Origin: Vicugna vicugna
Taxonomy: Eukaryota
Reading direction: 5' to 3'
Assembly: GCA_013265495.1 (NCBI GenBank)
Contig: MU058198.1
Span: 4,541,779-4,605,778, forward strand
DNA length: 64,000 bases
A model generated the notes under the pieces. It was not told the origin of the DNA and searched no databases. It saw only the letters and a list, made by a program, of their open reading frames with translations. Shown piece by piece: positions 38,391 to 50,788 of the stretch. The stretch's first letter is position 1; each line of letters opens with the position of its first letter. Position numbers and translations under genes: made by a program.

Positions 38391-40899
38391 CAGATTTTAC
38401 TACCCTCAGGGGAACCAAATAAAGACACTGGATGGCCTCTTGTGTGTCAGATGTTTGGAGGACTAAACTTTGGCAAGTGGGAGTCTAGCTGATTTCTTTC
38501 TCCCTTTATCTTGTTCTTTATCCAGAGTTAAGGGACTAGGAGTGTTGAGTTCAGAGAAAGTGAGACAATAGGTGCTAGAAAGAGATTTTAAGACTACTTT
38601 TTCAGTAGTTTGGGGAATTAAAAAGTAGGAAAGGCAAGATTTGGGGCAAATACCTATGGCAGAGGTCATCCCTTTTATTTGACCTAGTGCTGGCAGAAGC
38701 AGTAGTGGGACTTTGCCAACCATGGGAATTATTAAATTTTTAGATCTTTGCCAGTTGTATGAGGTTACAAATAATGGTTTCATATTTATTGTTTTAATTC
38801 GTATTTCTTTAATTAGAGGTAGAGCATTTTTCTTTGTATTATTAATCACTTTTTTTCCTGTACATTCCACAAATTATTTAACAAATCACTTAGATGACAA
38901 GAGATTTGGGTAAAGCCCTCTCTTTAACTATTATAAGAAATGCTACAATATACATATGAAAAAATATCCAATCTTCCTTATTACTAAAGTATAGCAAATT
39001 GAAAGAACAATGACATTTTTTTTCTATACTTTTTTTGGTAAACATTGACATGTTTGGTAATACCCCATGCATACAGTTTTTGCAGGGAAATTGACACTGA
39101 GATTGACAGTGCAAATTGGTACACTGTTTTGAAGGCGCCTGAACCATTTCTATTAAAATTTAAGATGAGCCTATTCATTGTTGCAGCATTTCAAGAAAAT
39201 TTATCCTTCAAATATGCTTACATGAGGTCCCAAATATTATGCTTTATTGAGTGTGTGTATGTTGGTCTGTGAATGAAGAATGGACTAGCCAAGATGGAGA
39301 ATTAATAAAGACTTCTCGCTCCTTCCTGAATTTACCCCTGGAGATGTTGCAGAAGGGAGAGAGAGTCACAGATCCTTGAACGTAACTAAAACTATGGAAA
39401 TCATTTGGAGAGGGTGAAAGGGATAGAGTGTTGGTCTGAAAAGGTCAAGAGAGGTCCAGGTGCCAAAGACGGCAGACAGGCAGTGTGAGAACTCTAGAGT
39501 TAGCCCCCTCTTTGCTGTTGCAGGCAGGGACACAGTGCTTCAGCTCAGCGCTAGTCTGAGGCAGTTGGAATAATAGCAAGACAGGGCTGGGGATCTGTGG
39601 GGGTGGTGAGCTGATGACAAGGACTGCCTGTAAGCTGGCTGGCCTCTGTATAATCCCAACAGAGGGCGCAGCCCATGGTGAGCAGCACTGTCTGCAGCCT
39701 AGAATCTGGTCCATTCCTAGAAGAGGAGTGGGAGGGGCTGTAAAGGAAGCAGCTATGAGCAAATTGTTACACCGGGCTCTCTGACCTGAAAGATCCTTCC
39801 CACAGCCCAGTTCAGCAGGAGTACAAACTAGGGTCAAGGATTTTGCCACCAACCCCATCTCCCTTTATGCATCATAGCCAAGGTTCCAAAGGAATATAAG
39901 CTTGTAGGAAAATACAGCAAGACACCAAATTCCATAATCTATACCATAAGGAGCAGAAATAGTGATTTAGCCAGAATTCTTAAAAATTAAAATAAGAGAA
40001 AACAATATTCTAAGAGAAATAAGCAAAGATCTTAGGAACATAGGAATAAAAAAGTTTTGAAGAACTCTGGTGATTGGGGGCATGAAAAATATACTGTAAA
40101 CAACAAAAGATATTTTGTCAGTGGTGAGTTAGGCAGCAGAATGAATACAGCTAAAGGACAAATTAGTGAACTGGAGGATTCAGCCAATGAACTCCCCCAG
40201 AAAGCATCTGGGAGGGATATGTCTTTGGAAGAAAAGAGAAAAGTTAAGAATTAGAATTCCAGTATGAGTCTCAGAAGGAGAAAGAGAATTAATGGTGAGG
40301 AGGCAGCCATTTGCCAGAGTTAAAATCGGGGACGGTATTTAGGCAAACAGTCGGGACCTTCAGGCCCCCAAGCTCCTGGGCTGTCACCAAGAGACTCTAA
40401 TCCAGAGTGGCACTGCAGCACAGCGGGGTTCCTGAGTGTATTCAAACATGGTAATTTATTACTATTTATTTACAAGAAACAGATTGTCTTTTGACCTTTC
40501 TATTCCTGCAGGGCTGGTTCTGAGCTATTGTTGTAATAGTTTTCAGCACAGAGGAAGAATGCAAAATGTGTAGCAATTTCCAACTCGATGCCTCTTGGCC
40601 AGATTTTGATGGATAAAGGGATGCAAATGAGATGCAAGACCCTTGTTAAGCACCATTCCTCCTGATCATCCTATTCAGACACTAAGCATCTGGGCAGCAG
40701 TTGCAGATTTTAACTCTTTTGTTCCCTTTGCAGTATCCTTCTGAAGTTCTTTTCCCCTTTCCTTATCTGTTTTCTTTGCTATTGTCAATTTTGCCACATT
40801 CTTTTCTTTTTTTTTCCTATTCTTGTTTTTTTTCTACATTCTTTTCTTTCATCATTGCCACTTTCTCTTCTTCTTCACTGTTTCCAAAATTATTCATGA

Positions 40900-41300
40900 T
40901 TCATCCATCAATGTATCTATTCAACAATTATTTTGAGCACCTACCATGTTCCAGGCACCACTGAAGGCAGTGAGGGCACAGTGAACAAGACAGATCAGAG
41001 GTACCTAAACCCACTCCAGTGGGGAGGACAGATAATAAGCAAGTCAACAAACAAAATTAAAAAAAAAAAAGACCAATCCAGGTCTTAATAAATGCAATGA
41101 AGACAACCTATGCTAGAGAGTGACGTGGAGTGGGGCAGGGTTGCTTTAGATGAGGAGAGAGGTGTCATGGTAAGTCTTTCTTAGGAGGTGATGGTGGAAT
41201 TAAGATCTGAATTATAAGGAGGAGCTCTGTGAGGTCTGGTGGAAACATAGTCCCAGCAGAAGGAAATCACGTGCAAATGCCCTGTGGTTGGAATGGTACA
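40900..41300. mobile_element. L2 3' end fossil
   Basis: ttcaacaattattttgagcacctaccatgttccaggcac...gtgaacaagacaga...aggaggtgat. Confidence 0.75.
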
Positions 41301-44014
41301 TTTTTCTAACTTCTCTTTTTTTCCCCCTCATCTTTCATCGCTAGTAGTAAATTTAGGTGGAGACCATGTCGTTACAACCTTAATTCCCTGTGACCTGGTT
41401 TCTGCTCCAACCACTTGCTTGAAACAGTTTTCTTTTTTGTTTGACATTGTTTCTTTGATGGCCACTAATGTCATCCTAGGTGTGACAGTGACCTGAGAAT
41501 AAAGAAAAACAGAGAGAATGTTAGCCCTTGGTCCCTGTGTTCAGTAGTTGGACATCTGTAGCTCAGTCTCATTCTGTTTGGGGGTAGGTCTTTAGAAGGG
41601 TAGGGAGTGTAGGGGAAACCTTTATGAGATACGAAAGCCCACATAGACCCATGTAAGCTGGATTGGGTACCCATCTTGTGTGTTTCTCTAGCCCCTGTCA
41701 TAGCTGTTCCCTCTTTCTGTCACCTGTGAGTCCATATACAATTCCTTTCCTTCTTCAGTCTTCATGAGGCTGCCTGTTTCTTCTTGGCCCTCTATTCTCA
41801 TTTCCATTGTAATAGTATTATTCATCCATTTGTCACGGCCTCGTGGTGGGTAGAATGCACTTTCCTTCCCCTTGACCTTGTTACTCTGACTGCTGGGATA
41901 TTAGTAGACATGATACAGGCACAGGGTTGGAATGTACCTGTGTGGTTGGACTGGCCCCCTTGCATTCCTGTCATTACCATAGGATAAAAATGCCCAGAGA
42001 ATCCAGCTCATCCCAGAAAAAAGAAGAGACATTTTCAGCACCCCTGAATCCAACCCAGCCTAGATCAATCAAAACCCAGCTACCCATAGATGTGTGAGCA
42101 ATACATTAATATAAATACGACAAATATAACTCAATAAATAGTCCTTGAATAAATGCATATTGCTTATGCCGTAGTTGCTTGTTTATAGGTCTGTGATGAG
42201 CTCTCTGGGGCAAGAACATTAACATTTCTGCACTCTAAGTCCATCCATGCTCCAGGTGAGCAGTCAGCACTCCGAATACTTTCTGGAATAGGTCTGAGGT
42301 TTATTCAGGAGACATTAGCAGCCTCAGCTTCTATCAGCCAGGAGCCAAGGCAGATTCCTGCTGAAACCCTAAGGATTTCAGAGTTTGATCCCCTGGGTCC
42401 TGAGTTTCTGGCCCTTTTCTTATTGTCATGAATTTTTAAGTGTCTTGTGTGCTGTGAATGGCCATCAGTGAGGGCTAGAAGGCTGGACAGTCTCCAGGCT
42501 ACTAAGTACCCAGGACATGCTGCAGAATGATCTAGAGGTCGGCATGGTGACAAGGAGCGATTTGCTGTCTCCTCATCACGGAGGATGAGAGGGACAGATG
42601 CATTGCCCCACATTGTCCACGACAGCCGTAATGCTACCTGATTTACAGGCCTCCAGGGCCTTCCCGTTGCGCATTAAAGTGTCTGTGTTGGGCTTTTCCT
42701 CTGTCTGAGTATCTCAGGTCCAGCCTCGAGGAGCTCGAAGAGGAATTGATTCACATTGACGTGGTTGGGCAGACAAAGCTTCGGGTGGTGATTCTCAGGC
42801 GGGATGCCTGTATAGAGAAAGCCGATACAGCTGTGTGCACTCGGGATCTTTTATTTTTCTGTCCAACCTCTTTTATCTTTTGGTGGTAGCACCCTGCTTT
42901 TTCTTTGGGAAAACTACTCTCCCCACACTGGATAGCACGTTGGTGGCGCTGTCAAATAAATAAATTAATATTTTTCTCAATTTGTGTTTCAGCCAGAACA
43001 GAGCCTAGGCAGAGGACTTGAGTGCAGGTAGTTTATTTGGAAGGTGACTTTAGAAGTACTTTTAAGGAAGCAGGGAAAGTGAGAGTGGGAAAGGGGCATA
43101 AACCAGTGTAGGATGGGCTAACGAGTGGATTACTGATGGCACGGACGACCGAGCCTGCTTGAGGAACCTCTCAAAAACCACTTGGGATGTGCCTCAGAGT
43201 CATCCCACCTGCGGCTAGGGAGGGGGAGGGGAATTCATCTGCTGACTCCTATCTCTGTTTTTTGAGAGTAGAAGAGAGATTCAGGATCTTGTAATGAGAT
43301 GCTGTTAGTGGGCTGGCCACTGTCTACCAAAATTACAGGCAAACTCATGTGAGCAGGACGATGTGGGCTAACAGTGGCAGCTCCGTAGTACCATTTCCTC
43401 CTCTGGCCACAGGTGGGCACAAGCCCCAGGTCGGCCCAATCAGATGCGCTCTGGAATCTTGAGGAGATTAACACAGGGGATGGGAAATGACTGGAATCTG
43501 TTCATCTTCATGGCGGGGTGCAGAAGGGACTGGCTGCTAGTTCTTGGTACCTTAACGCCCAGAGTGGTTCCAGTTCACATTCTCTCTGGTTGTTCAGTTT
43601 TTCCTTCAGTTCTCTGAGCCTCTCCATAAATCCTTCCAATAAATTCCCCTCTTATTAAGTTAGCTAGAGCTGATTTTTGCGGCTTGCTTACAAAACGCCC
43701 TGATAGTTGCTGGGTCTGCTCCATAGGGGGCTGTCAGAAGAAGCGGTCTTTCACGTGGCTTGAAATGAAATGGCACACTTTAGACTCTCAGCGGGACCGC
43801 AGATTGCAGGATCATCTTTGCTCAAGGTTGCTGAAGACCTCAACACCCAGCCCTCAGTCTCAGCTCATACGTCAGCTAGCCCATTTCCCCCAGTTCACTC
43901 TAATTACCATCCTTAGCTAATCATGAGTCTCCGGTAGTGCTTTTGGATAGACGTATGTGATACAGAATGGTATGGTGTGGTGTGGTGTAGTGTGATAGAG
44001 ATTTCCATGGCATG

Positions 44015-44240
44015 GCAAGTTGGTTTAGGGTGTGGATGCTAGAGCTGGACTCCTTGGGGTCAAATCCCAGTTCTGCCATTAACCGACTATGATCTTGAGT
44101 AAGTTGCTTAATCTCTCTGTGACTCAGTTTCTTTAACTGTAAATGTGAATAATAATAGTACCTAGATTATAGAGTTGTTGTAGATTAAATGAGTTAACAG
44201 AAGTACCTGCACATGGCCAGTGCTATGTAAATATTAGCAA
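44015..44240 (+). mobile_element. MIR SINE fossil
   Basis: caaatcccagttctgcca...cttaatctctctgtgactcagtttctttaactgtaaa core. Confidence 0.8.
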
Positions 44241-44394
44241 CTCTTACGCCTGAAGGCTGTATGTGTACGTACAGGTCCCCGTGCCTTTTGGGTTCACAAC
44301 TCTGCTTCCTTAACCTTGTGAAAAGCATCGTCGGCAGGACTGGCTGCCCTCTCTTGGGCTTGGCTCAATGTTTGCCTTAGAGGGCAGGGAAAAG

Positions 44395-44590
44395 TGCATT
44401 TTATATTCACCTACTATGTGCCAGGCATCATGACAGATGTCTCTCTAAGAGACAGATACTGTTACTGCTATTTTACAGGTGAGAGAGAGCTCAGAAAGAT
44501 TAAGTAACCTGACCCAGGTCACCCAGCTAGAAAGAGTCAGAACTGCCATTCTCCTAGGTCTGTTTGGTTCCAAAGTTTGTGCTGTTTCCC
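44395..44590 (-). mobile_element. MIR SINE fossil
   Basis: cacctactatgtgccaggca...ttttacaggtgag...aagtaacctgacccaggtcacccagcta. Confidence 0.75.
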
Positions 44591-44794
44591 CTGTGTCCAT
44601 GGCTTCCCCCACACCCCAAAGCAGATAGCTGCCCTTTCTCTCCCCGCCGGCCTTGCACAGTTCCTATCCTCGCTGTTACCTTCCGAAGTTGTGGTTTTTG
44701 ACATCAGAGCTGCTGGGTGCATCCCTGAGCAGCAGTGGGCTCTGAGTCCCACTCCTTTTGCTTTGCCACTCATCTGTAATTTTTTTTTTCTCAG

Positions 44795-44867
44795 TCTGTG
44801 TAGATGATCGAGGACAACACTCCCTAAAGACAGTTCGGCATCTGACTTGGAGCTGATGAAGGAGGAG
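44795..44867 (+). other. Candidate short exon (probably non-coding or 5'UTR)
   Basis: Strong acceptor tttttttttctcag| and donor GAG|gtaagt. Stops occur in all three frames. Only ATG AAG GAG GAG (MKEE) is open into the donor. Confidence 0.3.
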
Positions 44868-45099
44868 GTAAGTGAGCTTGGTGGGTAAGCCCCTGGGCGC
44901 TGCGTGGGACCACTGGGGCCCAACCACTGCTGTGAACCTCCCTTGATGTGCCTCTTTGGGCAGGTGATGCCATCCCTCAGAGCCCCCGTACCCTTATCTA
45001 TAAAAGAGGGATGGGAAAGATAATGGTTAACTCTTAGGGTGTTTGTATGTGTTAAGGAAAATAAATATTGAGAAAAAAGTATTTAAAACATTAAAAAAA

Positions 45100-46520
45100 A
45101 ACTTTGGTAGAGGATGACTTTCTAATCTAACAAGTCTGTAAACGCAGAACTGACAACAAAAGATAGACATGTGACCACATGAACAGTGAAACCAAACATA
45201 TGGCAAAAGAACAAAATAAAATCAAAGGCCAATCTATAGACTAGGGAATTTTCTTATAACATATATAACAGAAAAAATATTAATATTCCTCATATACAGA
45301 GACCTCCCGTAAACTAAGAAAAAACAGGTAAAGGATACAGTAGAAGACTGAGCAACAGCTATGAGTAGGCCCCTCACTAAAGAGCGCATGCAAATGGCCA
45401 AGGGACATTCAAAAGAATGTTCAGGGAAATGTAAATTAAAGTTAACACGAGGTACTATTTTTTTATCCATTCGATTGGGGAAAAAAAAACCTAAAAGGAG
45501 AAATTATCTCAAGCTGACAAAAATCTGAGGAAAGAAATTCTTTCATATATCTCTGGTGGGAATATGAAATGTGACAACAAGTAATATTGGAAAAAATTTA
45601 AATATCTGTTAAAAATAAACCACTCACACTTTTTACCTAGCAACCCTACATTTAAGAATCGTCTTATTTAACGGAAAGCATCTCTGTATTAAAATGTATG
45701 TTCAAGGATGTTTATTCCAATCTTTGGGGAAAAATTCAAAACCAGCATGAATATTCCTCAATATAAGACTGATTGAATAAACTGTTCTATACTCATTATG
45801 GAATATATTGCAGTCATTAAAAAGAATAAGTATCTCTAAATTGTGGTGTTTCCATAGTGTGGGATTACTATTCAGTGATGGAAAGGAGTGAAGTAGTGAT
45901 ACACACAACTTGAATGAAATGCAAAGGCATTATGCTGAGTGATTTATATAATATCCTCGAAATGACAAAACTGTCCTATTGGCAAACAGATTAGTGCTTG
46001 CCAGGGATTAAAGGTGGGAGGAGGGTGTAACTACAGAGCAAAACTTTTTTGAGGTAACAGAAATGTGTATCCATACCATGGCGGTGGTTATATAAATACA
46101 TAGATGTGCTGAAATTATAGAACTGTATACTCTTAAAAAGGTCAGTTTTACTGTGTAGTACTTTATTTAAAAGAATAACAAATTTAACAACAACAAAACA
46201 AAAAATAAGTTGTATCTGGGTCTCTCAACCTGGAGGGGTCTCCGCGATATACTCAGAAAAAAGTTGTAAAACAAGGTGTATAATATGGTTCTACTTTTGG
46301 GGCTCGAATGCCCCAAAGAACTTGTCTACATATGATTATCGGTTTGTGCACATTTCTTTGAGTATGAGTCGAGATGGAAAAACACATAGCAGCCTGTTGA
46401 TGCTGGTTGTCCCAGAAAGGCAGGAATAGAAAGGAAGCATTAGGGGACATTGCTTTATACATCTTTTTGCATTGTTTCACTGGTTATATTGAGTAAGTAC
46501 TACATTTTAAATTAAAGCAA
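45100..46520 (+). mobile_element. Old L1 (L1ME) ORF2 end and 3'UTR fragments
   Basis: caaatggccaa..acattcaaaagaatgttca, caaggatgtttatt, attatgctgagtga. Confidence 0.7.
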
Positions 46521-47603
46521 GGAAACCAAGCAAAAATAATAAAGGAAGATTGAAGAAGTAGAAGAAAACCAGAAAGAAGGCTAGCAGGAAAGAAAAGAAA
46601 GATCAAACAGGGAACTGGCCGGAGGGAAAATGACTTTGAGGCTCAGCGGTCAGGAGGCCTGTGTGGTAACAGTTAGATTCCCAAATCAGAAATGCATGAG
46701 AGTTGCTGGAACAGAATTCTGGATGTGGGCCAGGGAGAAGCAGTCTTTCAAGGTAAGTTAAGACTCTGGCTCATTTCTAGAATCCAAGCCATTTCTTCTG
46801 CTCTTCTTTGTTTCTTTCATCTGTCCATTTGTTCCTGCGTCCATCCATCTATCCATCATCCATGCATCCATTCATCATCCACCCACCATTTGCTAAATGC
46901 CCACTGTGTTTTCAATTTTAAAAATTTCTTACACTCCATTTCTCCTCCAAATCATAATAAAATCCAAAGTAACACCCCGTTTTCTTGTGTGCTTGTCTTT
47001 AAAGGCTACAACGAATGGAGGCACTGGGATCTTTTCCTCAGCTTTTATTCCTGAGACTCAGTCTCCTAGACCAGTCCTGTTGCACTGTGTCGCCATGACA
47101 GCTCTCCCCAGAGGAGCCTGGTGTCTAGTCAGGCTCCCAGTTCTATGAACTGGGTGTCTGGGAATCTCAGGCTTTGGTGCCATACTTTGCAGTGAGTCTT
47201 CCCCTGCCTTAGGAGCACCCAGGGCATCTTCTCACAATTCCCTGATCTGACTGATTACACAGCTGTCCCTGACTCAATGATGAGGACAGGGTTCTAGAAC
47301 CATAACCGCCTGGATTCAAATCCCAGCTCTGCCACTTCCTATGTGCCCTTGGGCAAGTTTAATAACTTCTCTAGGGGCCCGGGTTTTCTCCTTTATAAAC
47401 CGAAAGTGAGGGTAAATGTGTTAATAGATGAAAGGTGCTTGAAACAGTGTCTACTCATATGCTTCTCACCACTATTATTATTACTGTTGCTGTTTTCAAT
47501 AATTATGTGGTGTTGGGTTGCACTATTACATGAGAAGTGCATTGTGTTGTTTTATATAACAAGACACTGAATAATTTGTATAACATAATCATATTATGTT
47601 ACA

Positions 47604-47607
<4 letters not shown>

Positions 47608-47642
<35 letters not shown>
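47608..47642. repeat. (TG)n microsatellite
   Basis: About 17 uninterrupted TG units. Confidence 0.95.
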
Positions 47643-47644
<2 letters not shown>

Positions 47645-48814
47645 GCATGTGTGTTCACAGCTGTATGTACATATGTATGCACATTTGAAAAAGCAAGGAG
47701 GAAAGTCTGGACGACCATACTTCAAACTGTTCCTGGAGGTAATATTTTGGAGGAGTGGCTTTGGAAAAGAATTCAAAGGGAACTTTTACTTATTAGTTTA
47801 TATTCTTCTGTTTTATTATCCAATTTACAATTGCTGTTATGGGTTTTATAATTTAAAAATAAAAATAAGCCAAAAGAATTGAGAGATTTTATGAGACTGA
47901 CACGCTACCTACTGCGCTAATGAGGCACCTTAATTGAGAGATTTTAAAATGGAGATAAGACCAGAGAATCTCTTTCCATCTCCTGTTACAGAAAACTGAC
48001 TGTTTTTCTGTCATTGTTTGTCTGAGAGTCACAAAGGCAGTCATAAAAAGGCCATATATTTTTTCTAATATTAAAGCAATTCCTGGGATTGTTGATCCTA
48101 ATGCGAAGGAGAGATTTGTCTGATATAGATCCATGAGGTCAATCTAATAAATCAGTCTGCTGGTCCTTGCATTAGAAATTCAGAGTCTGGAGATGCAGCT
48201 CTCAGTGTGCCCATGGCTCCCCAGGCACCACTAGTTCTCATCCCCTTTGCCTACAACCTTGATGGGCTGGGCCGGCAGAATTTGAAACTGAGCGTTCCTC
48301 TCCACACACCTCCCTCTTCTGCTTTGAAGCTGCTCCTTCTTAGTCTAGAGATATCCAGAGATAACTTAGCTGCAACGGAAAATCCAGAGATTTGCTTTGG
48401 TCCTCCTGGAAAGGCTGTAGAACATATGGTATAGTAAGCAAAATGATATAGAAGGCTGGGGTTGTTAGGCAAGACCTCAAAGTGACAAACTATTTTATCC
48501 CTTCCCCTAGAATGGGATCCTTTTAGAGACAAGTTCACATTGCTAGACACACTGAGACCAATACACAAACAAGATTTGTACTATTACGTTGTAGTGGTAA
48601 GAGTTTTCAAGTCTAATCTTTCCAATGCACTAAAGTCATTGAAGAACAGAAAAAAGATAGTACATGTATGATTGGCAGAGTTAATCTGAGAACAACATGA
48701 CAGTCTCAGGTCAAATCAGAGCTCCCACATCAGCTGTGTGACCACAGGCGTGTTGATAAGACTCTCTGAAGCTCAGTTTTGTCATCTGGATGATGGAGAT
48801 AATAGCACTGCTTT

Positions 48815-49205
48815 AGATTGGATCCTTGGAAGCAAACTCTGAGATGGAGAGTTGCAAGGAGAGGCCTAGTGAGGATACACTTGTAAGAAAAGTGGGCAGA
48901 GGGGTAAGCTGAAGTGCAGTAGGGCTGCAACGGAGGAACTTGGATGAGCACCTGATCTGGGACAGCCCTTCAGTGTCCCAAACTGAGAGAGAGGGGCTGC
49001 GCCTTTGAACCCTCAATCCAATCAGTCATTGGCCAAATGCGGTCCCCTGGGATGGTGTATAACCTTGGGTGATGTAGTTTGCTGTAACTGAGGGCACTTT
49101 CTAGTAAGAGGTACAGATGTGGGCCTCCAGCAGCCTATAATCCCAGCCGGGCTGCGTTGGCTTTGAAGAGATCTTGGTGGGGCTCCCCAGCGTCCACTAC
49201 GGGTA
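48815..49205. mobile_element. MLT1-type LTR fossil
   Basis: ttggatccttggaagcaaactctgagatggagagttgca...cagtcattggcc. Confidence 0.6.
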
Positions 49206-50264
49206 CACACTTGAGGTTTGTGGGCAGTTACAAGATACGTAGCACAGTGCCAACCACACCAAGAATACTGTTTCCTTTCCTTTCCTTCCCTCTTGAGAAA
49301 CATTTCTCAATGACTTTGAAAGCGTGTGAAGATATTTTTTCCCCATTCCATTCTGTACTGGACTTCCCCGGTCACCAAAATCCCCGCATCCACCAGAAGC
49401 ATCTCTTTGCCTCAGACAGTACAAAACAAGCACTAACAAAGCCTTAGTCTCCAGTTCCCTTCACTGGTCACCACGGGATCTATAATCCTCTGACAGGTAA
49501 GTAGCTAGGGAACGCTTTGCTAGTTACACACTGCCATTTTTTAAATTATGTATTTTCTTGTTGGACATTTTGGAGACCCCCCCTTCATTCCCTGGGCAAT
49601 ATATTTTATGAAATATTGCCCAGATAGTTGAGGCTGGGTAAAGAGAAACATATTTAGCATAAGAATAAGGTCATTCATTAGACATTAAAATTTTTTTCTT
49701 ATTGGCTTCAGTAGCAGTTGACTCTGAACTCAAACTTTCAGGGAGATGCCCTTCTCAGAAATCTATGTACTTACTGTCCAGATCAAGTGTGCTCAGGGAG
49801 GATCTTCCATTCTGGTTTCTTATTTTATCTCCTCTCTCTTCTTATAGCACTAGGCGGCATTCAGAACAGGGCAGGGGCAGGATTGGGAGGTTTTATTGCA
49901 ATTTTGGGTAGGTGGGATCATCTGGGAGAGCAATAGAAGACTTTGGGGTATCCATTTTGAAAATCAGTGCTCAGGTCTCTGGGTGAAGGAGCAAAGTGAC
50001 TGAAACAGAATCATCAGAAGAACCAAAGTGTTTAATTGGAGGAATCCACGTAGTGATTAAGATTCAGCTGGCGGGGAAATAATTAAAACCAACTCAAGAC
50101 AGCTTAAGGAAGAAAATCTGTTTTTAAGAATACAGTGGTATTTTACAAAATCCAAGAGCATGGGTGCGGCCAGTCTCAGAGATGGGCTATAGTCAGGAAA
50201 CCTGGCAGACTTCCCTTTCATTCACTCACTTGTGTTTCTCTCTACATATGTGCTTCTGGGAGGG

Positions 50265-50788
50265 GGCAGGGGTTGAAATACGTCTTCTGATTCTTTGAGA
50301 ATTCCTTCCTCAAAAGGTGGGCCCCAATTTTCCCCTCCCCTGGCATGTGGGCTGGAACTTAGTGGCTTGCTTTTAATGAATAGAAGGTGGCAGAATGGTG
50401 GTTCATAACTTCTCAGACTAGGACCAAAAAGGTATTGTGACTTCCTCACTACTCTGGCTCCTGGATCACTTGCTCTGGGGAGGTAGTGTCATGTCATGTC
50501 GGTAGCCCTGTGGAGAGGTCCGTGTGGTGAGGAACTGAGGCCTCCTGCCAACATCCATGAGAGTGAGCCATCTGGGAAGTGGGTTCTTCCGCCCAGTCGA
50601 GCCTTCAGATGCTGCAGGCCCAGCAGATAGTCTGATGGCAACCTCAGGAGACACCCTGAGCAAGAATCATGCATCCAGTCAAGCCCCTCCTGCATTCTTG
50701 ACCCCCAGGGACTGTGAAATAACATGTTTACTGTTTCACCTACTAAATTTGGAGCTAATATTTTACACAACAATAGGTAACAAGTATG
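50265..50788 (+). mobile_element. MLT1F-type MaLR solo LTR
   Basis: gccctgtggagaggtccgtgtggtgaggaactgaggcctcctgccaaca...gccccagtcgagccttcagatg-like core. Confidence 0.85.

Noticed and set aside
44856..44867. MKEE as the start of KIF4A or another known gene
   Set aside because: Four residues are uninformative, and I found no matching downstream coding sequence in the window.
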